The notes: generated by a model from the sequence alone, not told the origin. A stretch of 64,000 nucleotides of DNA from Marsupella aquatica (GCA_973895155.1 OZ316895.1:12097929-12161928); one strand, 5' to 3'. Shown: positions 34,001 through 49,750, numbered from the stretch's first letter. A program made the numbers and translations.

Positions 34001-35862
34001 AAGCTTTGTTTGTCGTTTTCTTTGCCCTCTTTTCGTTGTCTTCAGGTGCATTTATAGGTGCGCTTCTTGTTCTGCTGTAGTATACTGATGCAATGTGGTT
34101 TTCACTGTCCCATAACAAATGCCGACGCATATCTAGGCTTCGTGTATCTGGTTTCGCCTGGTTCTGGGTCTGGACCCTCTGATGTCGTGCATTACAGCAA
34201 TTTATTACGAAAAAAGGCTAGTGACTGTTTTGCCTATTGTAGTGATCACTTTCGGGTGAACACTTGGATGCGACGAACCCACTTGTGCCTGGAGCTAGAA
34301 TAACCATTGTTCTATATTCGAGCTTCCCTCCTTTAATTAAACAAATGCTATGCAACGAATGCATTACTGTCATGGGTCAGTCTCATGCAAAAAGGTTATT
34401 TTCCTTGATACCCGGGCTATGGCTCTTTAGGAATGTTGGCAAAAATCTTGAAAATCCACTACAAACACTGAAATCAATGGTTATGATAGGTCAAGTAGGC
34501 AATTTTCTAAAATAAATCTCTATCACGTGGCAACGGTAGTTCTCCTTGAGGTTTTCATACTCGTGTATTCAAATTTTGTTACGGATTCTAAATTGCTAGA
34601 CCTGATTTAACTGAGATGGACCCCAATGCTACCGGTAGTCTTTTTCTGGAACGGTGTAATTTGGTCAACGACGTTTGTTCTTCTTCCCCTCTTCAATTGT
34701 AACTGTTTTCAAAAAATTAGATCCTACGTCCCTGATCCAGAGAAATACGGAGTAGCACTGTTACGTCCATTTTCTACATTGCAGTAATGCTTTTCCTTTG
34801 GCCGTTCTGTTCACGGGCACTCTCCTTCTGTCCAGTTTTTGACTTATTTCTTGGCATTGTTTCAATGCACCTGCGCAAACTGTATCTAAGAGACAAATTC
34901 ACGAATTTTTTGGTGTAAAGGTCCTCCATGAATGTTCTCTAGTAACCCTGCTCCCTCTCTAGGTGGGTATGGGAGAGGGAAGTGTGTGCTAGCCTTGTGC
35001 CTTGCAGTTCACTTGCGCATGGAATTATTTTGTGGGCCATATGTGGTCCCTTTCCAATACCCTACAAATAGGGGCTGGAATTCCATGCTAATCAAGACTA
35101 AAGAAATACTAGCAATTCGGTTGCCTACCATTAGGTTAGCCCACCAACATCAGTCCCGTTGGAAATATTGACCATGGGAGCTGGAGGTTCACCTATATTT
35201 CACCTCCATGCACGCTAAGGTGGAAGTTTTGTTCCTATTGGATGAATATCGTCCCATAGAATTGGTCTCTTCCATTTTTTTGTCTGGAAGAAAACCTTAT
35301 TTGACAATAAAATAGCAAAGCCAAGAAATAATAAACAAGCCCAGACACGTATTTATTGTGTTAATATGGGAAACAAAAGTGGACTAAGGGGACCACAAGC
35401 CAGGACGTAGTAAAGCCCCCTAAAAATGTTTGTGGACATAATACTCTGGAAGAACCTAGACTTGTAGGCAATCCTCATGGTACTCGGTTATGAGAAGACT
35501 GCTTTCTTCAGTAAATGTTTCTCGGACTAAGTCTGTTGCGTTTTCTGGTGGCTGCATTCTTTACTAGTTTAATGGTCAAACTTACGAGACACGTAACAAG
35601 CATCTACTGCCAACCATGCCTAAGTGCACCATCGATAACTACATTCCATAGTATGGTTGCTGGGAACCAAAAGGAGTACCTTTTTATGGTTGTTGTGAAC
35701 CAAAAGGCGCACAGTCCATTTCTGAGGTTGCACTAATGATGAGTAATTTGTTATTGAGGGGGTTTGTGTGCTCCTCTTGTGCCAATTTTGAACCTTGAAA
35801 GAAAATGAAAAGGGGCGGGGGGGTGGTTTAGAAAAGTGTTCCAAAAATAATTAAGTGTTCCA

Positions 35863-36467
35863 TCCATCTTATTTATGAAGCGTCAACTATAATCTAGAGT
35901 CAGTGGTGGCCTAGGTTTTTAGAGTGAAGCCACTTGACCCTAACTCCATGTCTCATCATGTGGATGTAAAACTCATGATTATGATGTGCTTCAAATGATA
36001 ATCATGCATACTTTTTGTCATGATTTTTATTTGTATTAAAAAATGGGTTCTATGTCCACACCTTAACATATCTTACTTATAAATCTACAACTACAAGCTA
36101 AAGTTGGGGCCTAGGTTTCTAGAGTGAAGCCTCTAGATTGATGAGAAAACTGATGTCTATGATGTATATCATGTCAAATGATAATCATGATTGCTTTTTG
36201 TTATGATTTCTATTTATATTAAAAACTGATCTCTATGGCCCCACCATATTATATGTGCATAAGTGGGATGTAGGATAAAAAAATTATGAATGTGCATAAA
36301 AAAGAGTACTATGGTATGTTATGTCTGATTATTAAAATGATGATATGCATGATAATTTTTTTATCATTTCATTAAACTTCAAAATATGTGAATAAGGAAT
36401 ATATTTTGGTGACATTTTTATTGTCCTCCCCGCTATTCATGTTCAAAGAACGGGTAGTCAAGGCTAG
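35863..36467 (+). mobile_element. Non-autonomous Helitron-like element, with a partial second 3' end at ~36500-36651
   Basis: Inverted copy of 61592-62278. Ends in hairpin gttc-aaa-gaac then CTAG|T. 5' boundary approximate. Confidence 0.7.
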
Positions 36468-37178
36468 TGTGCATAGAAAGAAAGATGTGCATAGAAAAGA
36501 GTATAATATATTATGCATGATTATTAAAATGATGACATGCATTCAAAGAATATGAGAAACATTATCATTCAAAGAATATGAGGAAGGTATATATTTTGGT
36601 GATATTTTCATTTGCCTCCCCTCTATTCAAAAAATGGGTAGTCAGGGCTATTGATCTCCAAACCACAAATTCTCAAGGGTCTTGGTTCTTAGCCGATCTT
36701 GGCAGTGTTTCTAGTTTCAATGAGTGTGTTAGACCGCCACTATTCATTTTTCAAAATTGGCGGATCCAGGTCACTATGATTTGTGAATAATGATTTAATA
36801 AAGAAAAGAGTGAAAACTTGATTATTTTGTCCTCCCCCAACTTCTGGGACAATAGATCTTTGAAGGATAGTTTAGACTAGGCTCTGGTGTCATCAATGGC
36901 TTTTTCCTCTCCTTAAAGTGCCACTGTCCATCATCAAACACGGATCCACCCGTTTCAGCATTAATAGTTCTTGTTCTCTAAAATAGTGAAGGAGACTGAC
37001 ATTCAAGAGAATTATGTGATTAATCAAGGCTGCAGGCAAGTTGCACCCAAGGCTTGTCCCCAGGGCATGCCTGCGTGAGCGTCACCGCACAAGAATTAGT
37101 GCAGGAGACTGGCATTCTAGAGAAAGTGAGTGGATGACATGTGGAAAAAGGGGAACTTCGAGTGGGAAGTCACTTGCC

Positions 37179-37182
<4 letters not shown>

Positions 37183-37224
<42 letters not shown>
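37183..37224. repeat. (TA)21 microsatellite
   Basis: Direct reading. Confidence 0.98.
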
Positions 37225-37228
<4 letters not shown>

Positions 37229-37655
37229 CAGTGGTGGTTAAAACAACAGGTTCACATAACCCATAGTTCTCATGCTACACAATCACATGCCATTGAGATA
37301 GATAGGAGTTTCACGTACTCTGAGGTCCACCTTTTAACGTAAGCTCCTCACATTTTTTATCAGCGTGGTAGCATGAATGAAGCCAGGCAGAACAAGCAAG
37401 CCCTTTTATTAGGGCAGATGGTTTAATGAGGTGAGTGGGCATGTCGTACGTACTTGTAGGTTTGCAATAAATTTCTTGCTTTCCTTCTTCTTTTGTGGAT
37501 GGGGAATTGGAAACTTTGCTCTAGGATCTGCAAATCTCTTTGTTTTTCATTTTTAAATTATTATTTTCAAAAGGAGAAATCTGTGAAACCTCACAGAAAA
37601 CAAAAAGAGATACAAGAGAAGACTCTTGTTTTGAACCCAAAATTGAGTAAGCTAT

Positions 37656-37748
37656 CACTCAATCATGTCTTCTTGTAACATTTGAACCAGGATCTATGAG
37701 TCCACTCAATCATGTCTTCTTGTAACATTTGAACCCAGGATCTATGAC
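37656..37748. repeat. 47-bp tandem duplication
   Basis: cactcaatcatgtcttcttgtaacatttgaacc..ggatctatga twice, plus a partial third copy. Confidence 0.88.
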
Positions 37749-40700
37749 TCTCTACTCAAGTGAACTATCACTCAATCATGTCTAGGGCTTTGTTTTTCAC
37801 TTTAGAACTTAGAAGTCTTTCTCTGACTTGTTTTCTCCCCTTCAGTTTTCCTTCTCTTTTTATGTGGTTTCCTCTCTTGGAGTTCCTGTCTCCAGGGTTT
37901 GGTACTTTTGTTCTTGGCATTGTGACACCCAAAAAATAAAATACTAAGATAATGGACACTTGAGGTGCCAGGAATATTTGCTTTGCTTAGTATATAATTT
38001 TGCAACGCAGCTAAAGTCCCAGCTCTAGCAAGCTCGACGGTAGATCGTCTATCCAGAATACAAAGGGGCCGGATTAAAAGAAGTAGAGGATATTCCAGCG
38101 ACAGTGCGACACGGATGACGGTGGTGGCTGCGGACCACCTTTATAAGTCGTTGCTTCCGCTGGAATTGATTGAACGAAGCATTACGGTACTCAACTGATC
38201 GAAGTTCGTTCATCGACTCGCCTCGTTGCAATCAGAGTTCGCCGCCGCCAGCCACCACTCACTAGACTGCTTAGTGGTCTGCGGGTAAAAGCACACCTCG
38301 ATTATATGGTGAGAAGCAGCTCGATCGAACGTCTTCACTGACGCGCTGATGATCCCGAGCTCTCATCTCAAAACGTTTCTTCGTCAATTCTACCATGATC
38401 CAGTTCGTTATAAGTACGCATTGTTTGTGCACCGATTGATCATTTCGAGTTTTCATCTCGACTTTCTTGCATGAGCTTTGTCAATCCTTAGTCATCAGTG
38501 TGCATTCGATGTACAGGCTGTTTTCAGGAAAGAGTGGTCTGTATAGCTCAGAGCCTGGGGAAACTGTAGCAGTTTTTGCATGCATATCTTGAGTGTGGCT
38601 GTTTAGTTATGCGTATCGCCATTCGAGATGGCCTGTCTAGGTACAATAATTCGTGAAGTTCAAGTGTGTACCTTGCGGCTGGGAGTTCGAATTACTCATT
38701 TCTTCGTTTTTTTCTTTGCAGGCTTTTGAGGTTATGCGCATAGCTCGCAGCACCGTGCGTCGAAAGGCTGTTAATGCCCATCTTTAGAGGGGCTTCCAAC
38801 CTTGCTTCAAACCCCGCTTCCAACCTCTTGAGGCCAACGGTCCTGTTTCATGAACATCCAGAAGTCGACTCGACGCTCGTAACGTGTTGCCTGGTGTCAG
38901 CTTCGCTTGCCCCCGGCAAAGACGGTCCCGACAGTCAATTGGAGATACTATAATCTCTAGCTGTTCTCAGCAATGGATCGGGAGAATGATCCCGATGAGA
39001 AGCGGGGTGATATCCTCAAAAATATTATCTGCCGCCTGTGCGGTGGAACTGAGTCTACAGGATGCACCTGTAAGTGAACCACACTGAATGATTGTCAACA
39101 AAATCGCCAACTGGAGATCAGTTTGATGTTCAAGCTTCTCAATTCTTGACGCTCTCAACTAAGTCTCAGTTTGTTCCAGAACAGACGAGTAATCAATAGT
39201 ATTTCCCGTCCGTCATTTGCTTTGGATCCAGAGAGAGCCAACAGACCATAGTTCTCAAAAGCATTCTCTGCAGCATGTGTGAATCCACGCAATGCACCTG
39301 CTGAAATTGACCAAACTGGATAACGAGGTCGCGATCTGGAAGGCAGTTGGATGAACCTTGTGAACTCTTTAAGCTCTCCACGGTGCCGTAATTAGAGTCT
39401 CAGCCTCGGGTTCTTCCAGTCAGGCGGAACCGCCCGTATAGCAGTCATGGATCATGAGAATGATTCGAAAGACCATAGTTCTGTCCTCAAAGAAGTTATC
39501 AAGGAGGTCGTCAATGTTTGTACCGGAGAGTAATGAAACATGAATCTCTTGGACTGACTAAATTGGAGTACGAACGACGGTTGTTGTTATAGTCAAGCTA
39601 CCACCTACTTGCCAATCTGTACCGATCTTGTCCGACTTCTGAACTCCAAGCGCTTCAATCTTGTCGTGCCGTGTGGTCTCGGCCTCTGTTAGCACTCACG
39701 TTCATAGCTATATGGCTGAAGGGAATGAGCCAAAGAGAGGTGATGTCCTCCGGGGCATTATCGCCAATATCTGCGGCGGTTGCAACACAGAGCCCTGCAC
39801 CGGATGCAATGTAAAAAATGATGACGACGACGATGAGAGCAAGTGATGCTAGGAAATTGCACGATGAAGATCACGAATTGTGAAGGTGACTGGAGTTCTG
39901 AGGACGAGCCGGAGTGACTGGGACAGGGGAACACGAAGCCAACGACGGTGGCTCTGCTCTTATGATCTCTTGTATATTTTACCTGTCTAGGAGACCATCT
40001 GCTTTTCTGACACTGTTGCTGGTTGGAATGCAATTACTTGGAGCTGAAAGAATGAATTGCGCGCGGAAACAATGCGGATTCAGGTGGCTGACTTGGAGAC
40101 TTCTCGGAGGTTTCACAATTTTTGCTGGAAGGTCAGGATTGGTTAGCGGAGGGACAGTCGCCTTGTTGAGCCACTAGTATGATCGCTGCCCGAAATTGGT
40201 CGATTGGACCCCCGGTTGCACCAATTCAATTGTCGAAAGGTGTGCATGGGGAGCTTTCAGACGGTTGGACGGGAGGTTTCCAGCCTCTTGTCTGTAATTT
40301 TGTATAGACTTGTTGTGCAACTTGTAAGATGCAGGGTGGACGTATACTAGGTGAAGGTAGTTATTGAGTCGTTTTCTGGGAGTAACTTGTTTTTAGTCAG
40401 TACTTCTACGAATGGGGGTCTAGCTGTTAATAGTCGTCTGGGACGATGAGATGTGAAGTTGCTTTGACGTCATCCGATAGCTCACTAGATTATAGGGCAT
40501 TACTTGAAGATGGCGGATGCCTCAGTCTGGCAATTTTGTTCTGACTTCAAGGTTCTTGTAATATAATAGACGAGGTTGCATTCTGTAGTGCACTGGAATT
40601 GCCTTGATAATTGCGGCCTTGATTTTTCAAGCTACGCGTGGTCAAGACAAACACCAGATGTTGTTCAATAGTAGTTCTCTGTAATAAAAGCTAGCCAGGG

Positions 40701-43700
40701 TTGTACATTGGGTTATGATTAGTACCAGAAACAGTGTGGTGAACTGTACGTGCACCCTTTCGACTGTTTTGCCTGATCGTCTCTTAAATGTATTCATTTG
40801 TTTTGGGGTCTGGTATGGTCTTTGACATGAGAGCGGAGGTGCTCATTGGTCGTCCACACCTAAAGTGCACTAGTAACAATACGAGAGCTTCCGCACAAGA
40901 ACGAAAAATGACCGTCGTTTACCTCTCCAACGACTAGACAATCTTATTCATGAGAACAGAAACTTCTCCACGTGAAAATTGTCGAAATTGTCGTAGGATG
41001 GAGTGCTTCATGAATGCCTCTCACAATAGGATCCTGGCAGTGTCGCATTGTACTTGTAGTGTTTTGGGGACAGAACTCAATTGATAACGATTCTCGTGAC
41101 ACTTTTCGTCTCTCGAATGGGAAGAAGCAACTTCTCCGTGCAGAGCAGCGTTTAGAATCAGTGTGAGGGACAGTGATGTGATTACAAGGTTGCAATTCGA
41201 ACAAACCGCCTGCGGAATTCTGTAACTGTGATTCAAATGAAAGATGTGACCTCAATTTTCGGCAAATGACTGTTGGTCGTTGGATTTGAAATCGAAGTAA
41301 TTGATGTTAATAATTGGAACTCGGTCTGTCATTACTGGCACATTATTGCTATCAAGATGAGCTTTTTCTGTTCCCATAATAGTCCTTTTTTCGCCTGACA
41401 ATGCCCTGGCCTTTTCGATTTAGCTATCCCGGAAGGGTTGCATAATAGATGAATGTATGAATGAGAAATCATTAGCTCTAGCTGAGTCATACCTGAATTC
41501 ATTAAATTGTGATTGTAATTGCAGTGCCACTGTATGACGATGAGGCTCATGAACGGACCCTCCTCAGTCCAACTCATAGAAAAGCCCGATGGAAGAAAGC
41601 ATTGGAAGGTGGTTTCTGGTTCGAACGATTTCGGTCTTATCATCGAGCTACCAGCCCTCGACGAAGTAGTTGGTACAACAAATTCGCTCGCTTAATTCCG
41701 TCGAAGGAAATCTTCAATCCTCTCTTGAGCTGGAAATTCCTTGCATCTTGAATGCAAAATGGTCCAGTTCGCACAATCTTTAGTTGACACGTACTGTCGG
41801 GAAACACTGTAAATGCCATGCACAGTTGAGCCGCCTTCACAGGTCCTCATCGTCAGCATCGTAATATACGAACCTGATCTCTTCGATCTGGAGGGAAAAT
41901 AGTACGGTAACTATCATAACGAAGCCATGAGCGACTATTAAAGGGTGGACCTATGATGTTACTCCGATCCTGATCACAAAATATCTGTGCTTGTCCGGTC
42001 CCACATCTTGCTAATCCCTTTATCTTGCGTCTGTCCTTCGATCCTACAAACTGTATCGCTATTCCACCGACCATGGCTTCCGGATGACCACCACTAGTGA
42101 ACACAGTATGGTACGGACCTTTCCTTTAGCTCCAAAGATGCCTCCGATGACCGGATCTCGGTCTGGCGCACTGGACTTTGAAGTTGATAGGGATAATAAT
42201 GTACTCCGTACCATGCATCCAGTCTAAGGATATGTAAAGCTTGATAAAATTACACCGTGACTACAAAGCTTTGAGGAAAGAGGTCGCTGATTCCAGTTTT
42301 CTGCGCCAAGCTGCTCCTAAGTGATGCTGCGACCACGACCCCGTTCCGGTCTCACCATTGCTGGTCCTCCCTCATTTGGCAGCAGCGCTGTCTTGATCTG
42401 GTGAAACCTTATCACATTCAAGCATGTCACTTGAGCATTGGACAATTGACAAGCTGTACTGTCCAGAGCAGCCTGCTTGCGTCCGTCAGCTGCGAGTTCC
42501 TGTCGCACACGTTACATAGGACTGTGATGAATTACTGGCCTTCGCATCTTCTCGTATTGTTTGCAATGATGTACTGTATAATCTTCTTTGCTTTTCTCCT
42601 TCGGCATCCTCAGCTACTCACTTCTCTCTCAGTTTCCAGCAGCGAAGTACGTTCTGCACTGAATTTGGACCTGCGATACGAAATCGGGCCTGAAGAGGCA
42701 CATTCACGGGCCATGATTATTAATGTTGTGTGAGATGGTGATTTTCTTGCAGCAATTCTCTTAGCGAATGGTCGAATGCATTACCATCTGCAGGCGGCGT
42801 GCCTAGTGATTTCAGTGTTGATTGTAGTGGCGGTTAGTGCCCCACATGACCTTTGCAAAGCAATACAGCACTGCGTCGTTGTAGAATCATGCCAGTGGGA
42901 CCTGTCAGCTAAGTTGTGGGAACTGCTCTAATGTTCGTTCCGTCCTTACGCAAGTACCCCCACCAGGACAAATGATTAGTGACTGCCCACAAAAGAAAAC
43001 AGTATTGCTGCAAATAAAAAGCATAATGCTCATTCGGAATAAGAACAAACTCGGAATGATTCATTATTCACTGGAAAAGCCAAAAAGGTAAACTGCATGC
43101 CTTGGATTTGGAGAGTGAGTTTCCACTGAGGTACACGTTGACTGACCTCATTTCCCTTGGTTTTCCTTCGGTAACTTCCATAGCCATTCCGCCAAGAAAA
43201 CGTTGACCAGATGGCCGCCATTGATTGATGACAATATAAGAGCATCTTCAACCCAAAGGGGTTCTTGCTATTGTAAGTGGGTGGACATAACCAGTAAAGA
43301 ATTTTTAAAGTCAGGTAGAACCCATTGATTGTAACCTTATCTGCATTTCACTAAGTGGGTTTTTTGTTATATGGGAAAGATTTGGGAAAGTGTTTTTGTT
43401 ACCGGATCTCTATATGGGAAAGATTATACACTAGTTGACTCTTTACTTGGTTAGTTCTTGGGTTTTCAAGATCTCAATTTAGGGCAGTCAGATCTTGATA
43501 TCTACTATTTAGAGAAGATTGCCCAATCAGGGTTGACGCTACTTTTCAATTGGCCTCTAAAGATACTTACAACGAACTAAATATAGGACACTGTTAGACT
43601 GGATATTTAATGTACCCAATAAGCAAAATCCAGTTGGGTTGGAGATGCTCTAACTCCAGTTTACTTTTGCTTGGGTTCCGGTGCCTAACTGGTTTACCCA

Positions 43701-46700
43701 TAAATGAGCAGTACTTATTTCCACCTCCTACGCTTGGAAGCAGATCTCTTGATCTAGATAGTGAGACTCAAGCTTCAACTTTGATGGACCTTCATTCATT
43801 ACTTAAGGTCACCTATGGAAAAAATATGGACTACCAAATCCATAATGTTATGTCATTAAGATTGGTCATATGCCATGCCAATAAGACACTGTAGAGACTA
43901 GTGAAAAAGAAAATAGACCAAAAGCCATAGTCCACAACTTTGAAGTTTTGAGACGCACTAGCAAAGGTTTAACAAAAAACCTACTTGCCAAAAGTCACTA
44001 TCACCAGTTCATCATGAGAATATGAGTTTCCACACACTCAGGGCCCAAACAGGTCTAAACTGAGATATTCAGGGTGATGTTCAGGACACTTCCATTTCAT
44101 AGCGCAGCTTTGGACATCTGATTTGCTCACCTCGCGAAGTGCTTTCCTAATTCTTGTATGCTCACCTTTCGATGCGTATGTCTCTGTTTTCTGTCTCATC
44201 TGTTTGCCCATGGGTAAAGTGCACCGGGCAAGAAATAGTCTCTCCCCCTTCAGTTTTGCTTAAATTGTTGCAGAGTCACCTGCAACCTGAGAGTTTCCAG
44301 AAAGCTATATTCTTTTTCTGAGTAAAGCTTTCCTGAACTGCACTGAATGATGGGTGTTCAAGCCACTCCCCTAGCTTTTTGAAGCTCGCATTGGAAAATA
44401 GAATTCTAGGACTTTAGACCATTAAGGCTCAGGTTCTTCTCTCTGGGTGTTGGGGGGGTTGTGGGGTGCGAGGTGCGGTGTTAATTGTGATGCCAAAGTG
44501 CTTAAACCACACCTGCCACTATAAAAGCCTCATCTCATGTCTCACTACTCACCATAAAAGGTGGAATGCTAGGTGGAATACTTGCCAAAAAAAAAAATTG
44601 CACTCATCACCTTTTGTGGAGCTCAAAGTCTATTTTTGAACAATTTCTCTTTACAATGAGAACTACGGGTTACCCCTAGCCCTTTATAGGGGCAGGTGTG
44701 ATTTAACAAATCATTTATGGATGAAATAATTCCTTTTGAAAGGGAAAAACCATCACTCAGCTGTAGTAGTCTGGTATAATTATATTCCTCAGACAGAATG
44801 GGCGGCTCCACAAGGGCCTATTAAAATCGTGCTTTTCAGATAAAATAAATGATAGCTTTCTGCTTTCTAAAATTGATTCGGCGTGTGTCACCTGTGTGCC
44901 CCGACAACCCCATTGTGGCACAGCTTGCTTTGGGCCCACGGCATCGTCTGACATTGAGAGCCTCGACTTTATTCAAGCGCTAAGAAGTGGACGATCGAGA
45001 TCGCTCCTCAGATTGCGCAAATTACCCCAGCCGTTGCAATTAGGTGCCTTTATTCTAAGATGATGGAAAGGGCACAAGAGGAGGTGACGGCGGGAACTAC
45101 TGGATCTACAGTCTAGTACTGTAAAGTACGGTTACATGAAGCTTTTGGTGGCGATGATTGCATAGAAAAATGATAACCATAACTTAGAGATTGATCTCTG
45201 AGATTCTCTTAGGCTCCTATGGTCCTACCCTTCACCCTTGGATATCCCAAGGCATACGGTAAATAGTGCGCACCCTACTATCAAAAAGCCAGCGGTAAAG
45301 TGCTGTAGAAAGTAGACTGTCCCTTTGGGCATATCCAATGCCGAATCTATTCGACATTGTGGGCCCTGGCTAAGTGCACCCAAAGCAAAATGCAAATCCT
45401 GGCTGGTTGGGACTTGGGAAGATGCTTTCCTCAGAGAAAAAACCTTTTTTTTTTCTTTCTTTCTAGTTTTCACGACGACATTGTATTATGCTCTTTATTC
45501 TGCACTTGTGAAAACTATGCCCATATTCTATATATGTCCTTTCTAGTTTTCACAAGTGCAGAATAATAATGCTTCTGGACTAAGCGTAAAAAGTGCACTT
45601 ACAATAAGTTTTACAGCACTAGTTTTGGCTTATTAATGTGAGGGTGTCGCTGCAAAATGAGAGGGCCAGCACTTCAGTTTGTCTTTGGTGATCAAGATAT
45701 ACCAATGATTAGAGTTGGCCGTCACAGTTCACTGTAACATAAGTGAGGGGGCCAGTTCCTACTTCAATTTTCCCAATTCTAGTTTGCATATGACGGGTTC
45801 CCAACTATATGCTAGTGTGGAGAACATTTATGTTCTAGTATTAAGACGTGGCCAGGATGTAGTGTAAGAAAACATTCCCTGAAGACAAGGCCTCAATTTG
45901 TGGGAGAGTCTTAAAGCAACTATGAGAGTTCCTAAACCCGCAGTCTTTTCTAACTATCGATTTTCCAGATCTGCAACGGGACATTATGGGCTCTCCTATT
46001 GGTCTGGTAAAAGAGGGGCAAATTGCCATGCTCGTTATGTAAAGATGGCCTCAGCGGGACACCGCAAGAATGATTGGTTATTGGAGCTATCATTTTCCCA
46101 TAGAAATCAAGAGTACCAATCCAAATGGCATAAAAAAATCAATGGCTCAATAAAATCTGAGTCAGAGTATCAACAATCATTAAAATGTCAGCTTAAATTA
46201 ATGATATCCCCTTCCTCTGTCTTATAAGTACACAAAAAAACAAAATGTTGAGACTCACTGGCCTTCTCAGGGACTAGGATTAGGAACGGTCATGTTGAGC
46301 ATCTTTTTAGCCAAAGTGTGTGAAGAAGAAGATGCTCAAAAGATTCCCTATTCAATTATTTTCCTGACCGTCAGATCTCCCTAGATTTAAGGCTGACCGT
46401 TAGATTCTGGCTAAGGGGATCTGGGATTTGGTGGAACACTGGCTAATGAGACAGCAAAATAGTAGCAAATTTTTGCCAAAAGTGGCAAAGATTTTGGGGA
46501 GGTGGAATCTAGCCAATTTTTGCCACAAAAAAAATACTGGTCATGTTCCACAATTGCTCCTTTCCTCCGGTAAACCAGGAACCCTTTACACAAGCACCAC
46601 TCCAAAGTGCGGAGCACCAATCCCCTATTCTTGTTTGGAAAGCACTTTTTTAAGCCAAAATAAAACCCAATAGCTAAAACAGACCTGGTCTGCAAAGAAC

Positions 46701-49510
46701 CAACAGCCAAGGTGCCTGAAGGCCAAGCATTACCATGCTTTTCAGTATGTTCCTCACTAGGGCTTTGTTCTTTTGCTATTGTCGGGGACTCTTGGGTTTT
46801 GGGGCATTTGTGTTTTTTGGTCTTCCAGAGGTTTTCCCTTATCCCCATTCTTCATCGGGTCTCCTGCCTTTAGGATCCTGTCGGGTATCCTGTCTCCCAG
46901 TAAGGTGCTTTTTGTTCCTTGCTAGTGTTGCATATAATACTCAAAAGGGCTTTCGTTTAGGGCTTTACAATAGAAACAACATACCCAGGCATCTAACAAG
47001 AAGGCTCGAAGATGGCACGAAATCCCGGAGAGTAGGCACTCAGGAAATGGCGACACTGTGTAGTTTACCGGAAGCTTACCAAAACACGGTGTGAAGACTG
47101 CCCTGACAATTATGTAACTAGTTGAGATCATCAACACAATCATTTCAAAGTTTCTTTATTATGGCACTTTTTTCTAAGTAGATTTGTAGGGCACTTCCCC
47201 AGCCCACACGCCCACCAACCCACCACGTGAAACCGTTTTTCAGTTTCGGTGAGCTTTACGATAACAACAGCATACCCAGGTAGAAACAAAATAGTCCAGA
47301 TTGGCCCAAGCTACTCCTTCGTGAGGATGAACATACAATTTGGATCCAAGCGCATCTATAGAATGGGCCTAGTACAGGAGTGGTCCCGTAAGCGCTCCGG
47401 TCTCGAGTTAGACCTGGTTGCTTTTCGCACCAATGTAAGGAGTCCTTGGTCTGTAGAACAAATGCCCCAACAACATCAGGACCAGAATGGTACCCATTTG
47501 TTCGAGTTTCCAGCTGGTCTAGAAAGATCAGAAGATGACAATGTGATTGCAAATTGGGCAATGTAGACCTTTCTTTGGTAGGGGTTGTGTCAGAATGTGA
47601 GGCTTCTACTCAGATAATCGTCTACATTCCTTCACTGGTGCGTCGAAGTTAAATCTGTTTGTAATCTCACAGATTTCATTTAGGTCTTTCATTTTCTAGT
47701 CATGTCAACTACAGCTTTGTTAGTTGCGGTAGTCTCTTGAGATGAGTCTTGAGTGTTGGTAAATCGAGGGTCCTCAGTATAGTAACTTACTGTAAGCAGA
47801 ACGTTCACTTTAGTTAAGGGCAATAGTTTACCAGTAAAGTCGAGAGTTCGCGATCACTGTAGATTTAACCAGCGATGGCGTCATTAGTTTAGTTAGACAT
47901 TTAGCTTGAGAGTAATCTTTGAGATCCAAGAAACGGAAATTGATGATTTAGAAAAGGGGCACAAACTGCCATGGGGATTAGTTTTAGGTCTGAGGACACA
48001 CAAAGTAGCATAGAAGCTTCTTCTTCATCCAACTTTTGCTTCTTCACCGCACAAAACCTAAGTTCTACCATTTGTCGTTGAAAAACAAACACATAGTAGG
48101 CGATGTTAATGTCGAGACACTCGGGATCTGCCATAAATTCGCTCGAAAGCTGCGTTTCTTCTCGGAAAGGCAGTTTTGACAATATCGGTGGTTGTCTCGG
48201 AAGGCGCTCTGCGGAAATGCCTTTACTCGCCGAGCTCACTTTTTCCTCTGGCTGGCTGACGCTGGAGTGAATGGGGAGCAACGACTTTCATTTTGCGAGC
48301 TCTGGCCTTGCCTTCGGCAGAACTCATTTTCTTTCCACCATTCACAAGAGGTGATTTCCTGAGAGGTATTCGAAGAATCGTCACTGTGGCATCTCCCCAA
48401 CCACGACTTTTGACAGGCGGTGACGTCTAACATGTTTCTTGCTGAACTCCAACTTTCTGAGGATTCGTCATTGCCAGAAAGGCCATCTTGAAGTAAGTAA
48501 CCTACAAGGCTTAATACGATGGAGCAATAATATAAGACTACCATGAGCCAAGCTACAAAATAACGTGTAGAAGATGCAAGAATAGATATCCATATACATG
48601 TCTGAAGGTGAACACCCCTCGAATGGTTTAAGTCGAGGACACTGATCAATTGCCTTCGTCCTCGACAATTTCGGAATATGATCACTCTAACTACTTCGCC
48701 GATCAATTGTTCAGCTATGTCATATCCATGGCTCTAAGGCAGAATGTCTCAAGCTAAATGTGCTAATCCATATGGAAGTATAAGCCCATACACTATAATC
48801 TAAGAGGTTGCAATGGAATATGGAGCAAATGGTCCGGTTTTAGCTACTGATTGTCTGGAAGGAGAAACTACTACTCCTCAGCGTTCTCTTACTGACCTCG
48901 GAGGTTGGTAGGCTGGGAGGTTGGTCAAGGCAGTACTTACCAAGGACTTACCAGTATCCTCTGTAATGAGAGGGAAACTTTTCTCGGAAATTCCACGGCT
49001 TTGTAGAAAGTGGAATATGTACACCATTGTAAAAGGCCACTCAGCAGGAAGAACACTAGAAAACGCAAAGTTTCAAATGCGAGATACCAGGAGAAATGGG
49101 ATTCCTTGGCCTCCATCGGTTTTCGTGGTTGCAGCCACGATGACTCTAGCTGAGTGAGTTTGCAGCAGTAATTGGGCATAACGATGTCAACATTCATGAA
49201 TAAATTCTTAGTCGTGACCCAAAAAGCCATGGATCAATTGCTAGTATGATTTGGCCACGAAATGGCACGGCAGATTCAGTTGGTACAGTCACTTCTAGTT
49301 GTACTGTAGAGCAGTGAATTGTTGACACAAAATTGGTCCAAGATGGTAATGAAATCCAGTGCTCGACAAGAACCCTGTCTATTTGGCAAAGCAGCTCTTT
49401 CCTCCTCGTGTGCAATTCTACTCCTTGCACAACTGAAAACTGTTGTCGCCTTAAACGCTCCTGAGTGCTGTATGTGAAGCTGCTTTCCATCTCTTTATTG
49501 TCCCGATCAA

Positions 49511-49750
49511 ACGAGGGCTTGTCTGATGAGAAGTTAGAAGAACTACTGTGTCTGCCCAAACAAGCTGTTTAAAAAGGGCCAGTTGAAAACAGTCAGCATA
49601 TATTCTTGCAGGTACAAACGATGGTTGCCACGAGGGCTTGTCTGATGAGAAGTTAGAAGAACTACTGTGTCTGCCCAAACAAGCTGTTTAAAAAGGGCCA
49701 GTTGAAAACAGTCAGCATATATTCTTGCAGGTACAAACGATGGTTGCCAC
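49511..49750. repeat. 119-bp two-copy tandem duplication
   Basis: acgagggcttgtctgatgag..gatggttgcc twice, apparently identical. Confidence 0.93.

Noticed and set aside
38750-42250. Coding-like composition with short ORFs
   Set aside because: Possibly decayed gene fragments, but no recognisable motif; needs BLASTX.
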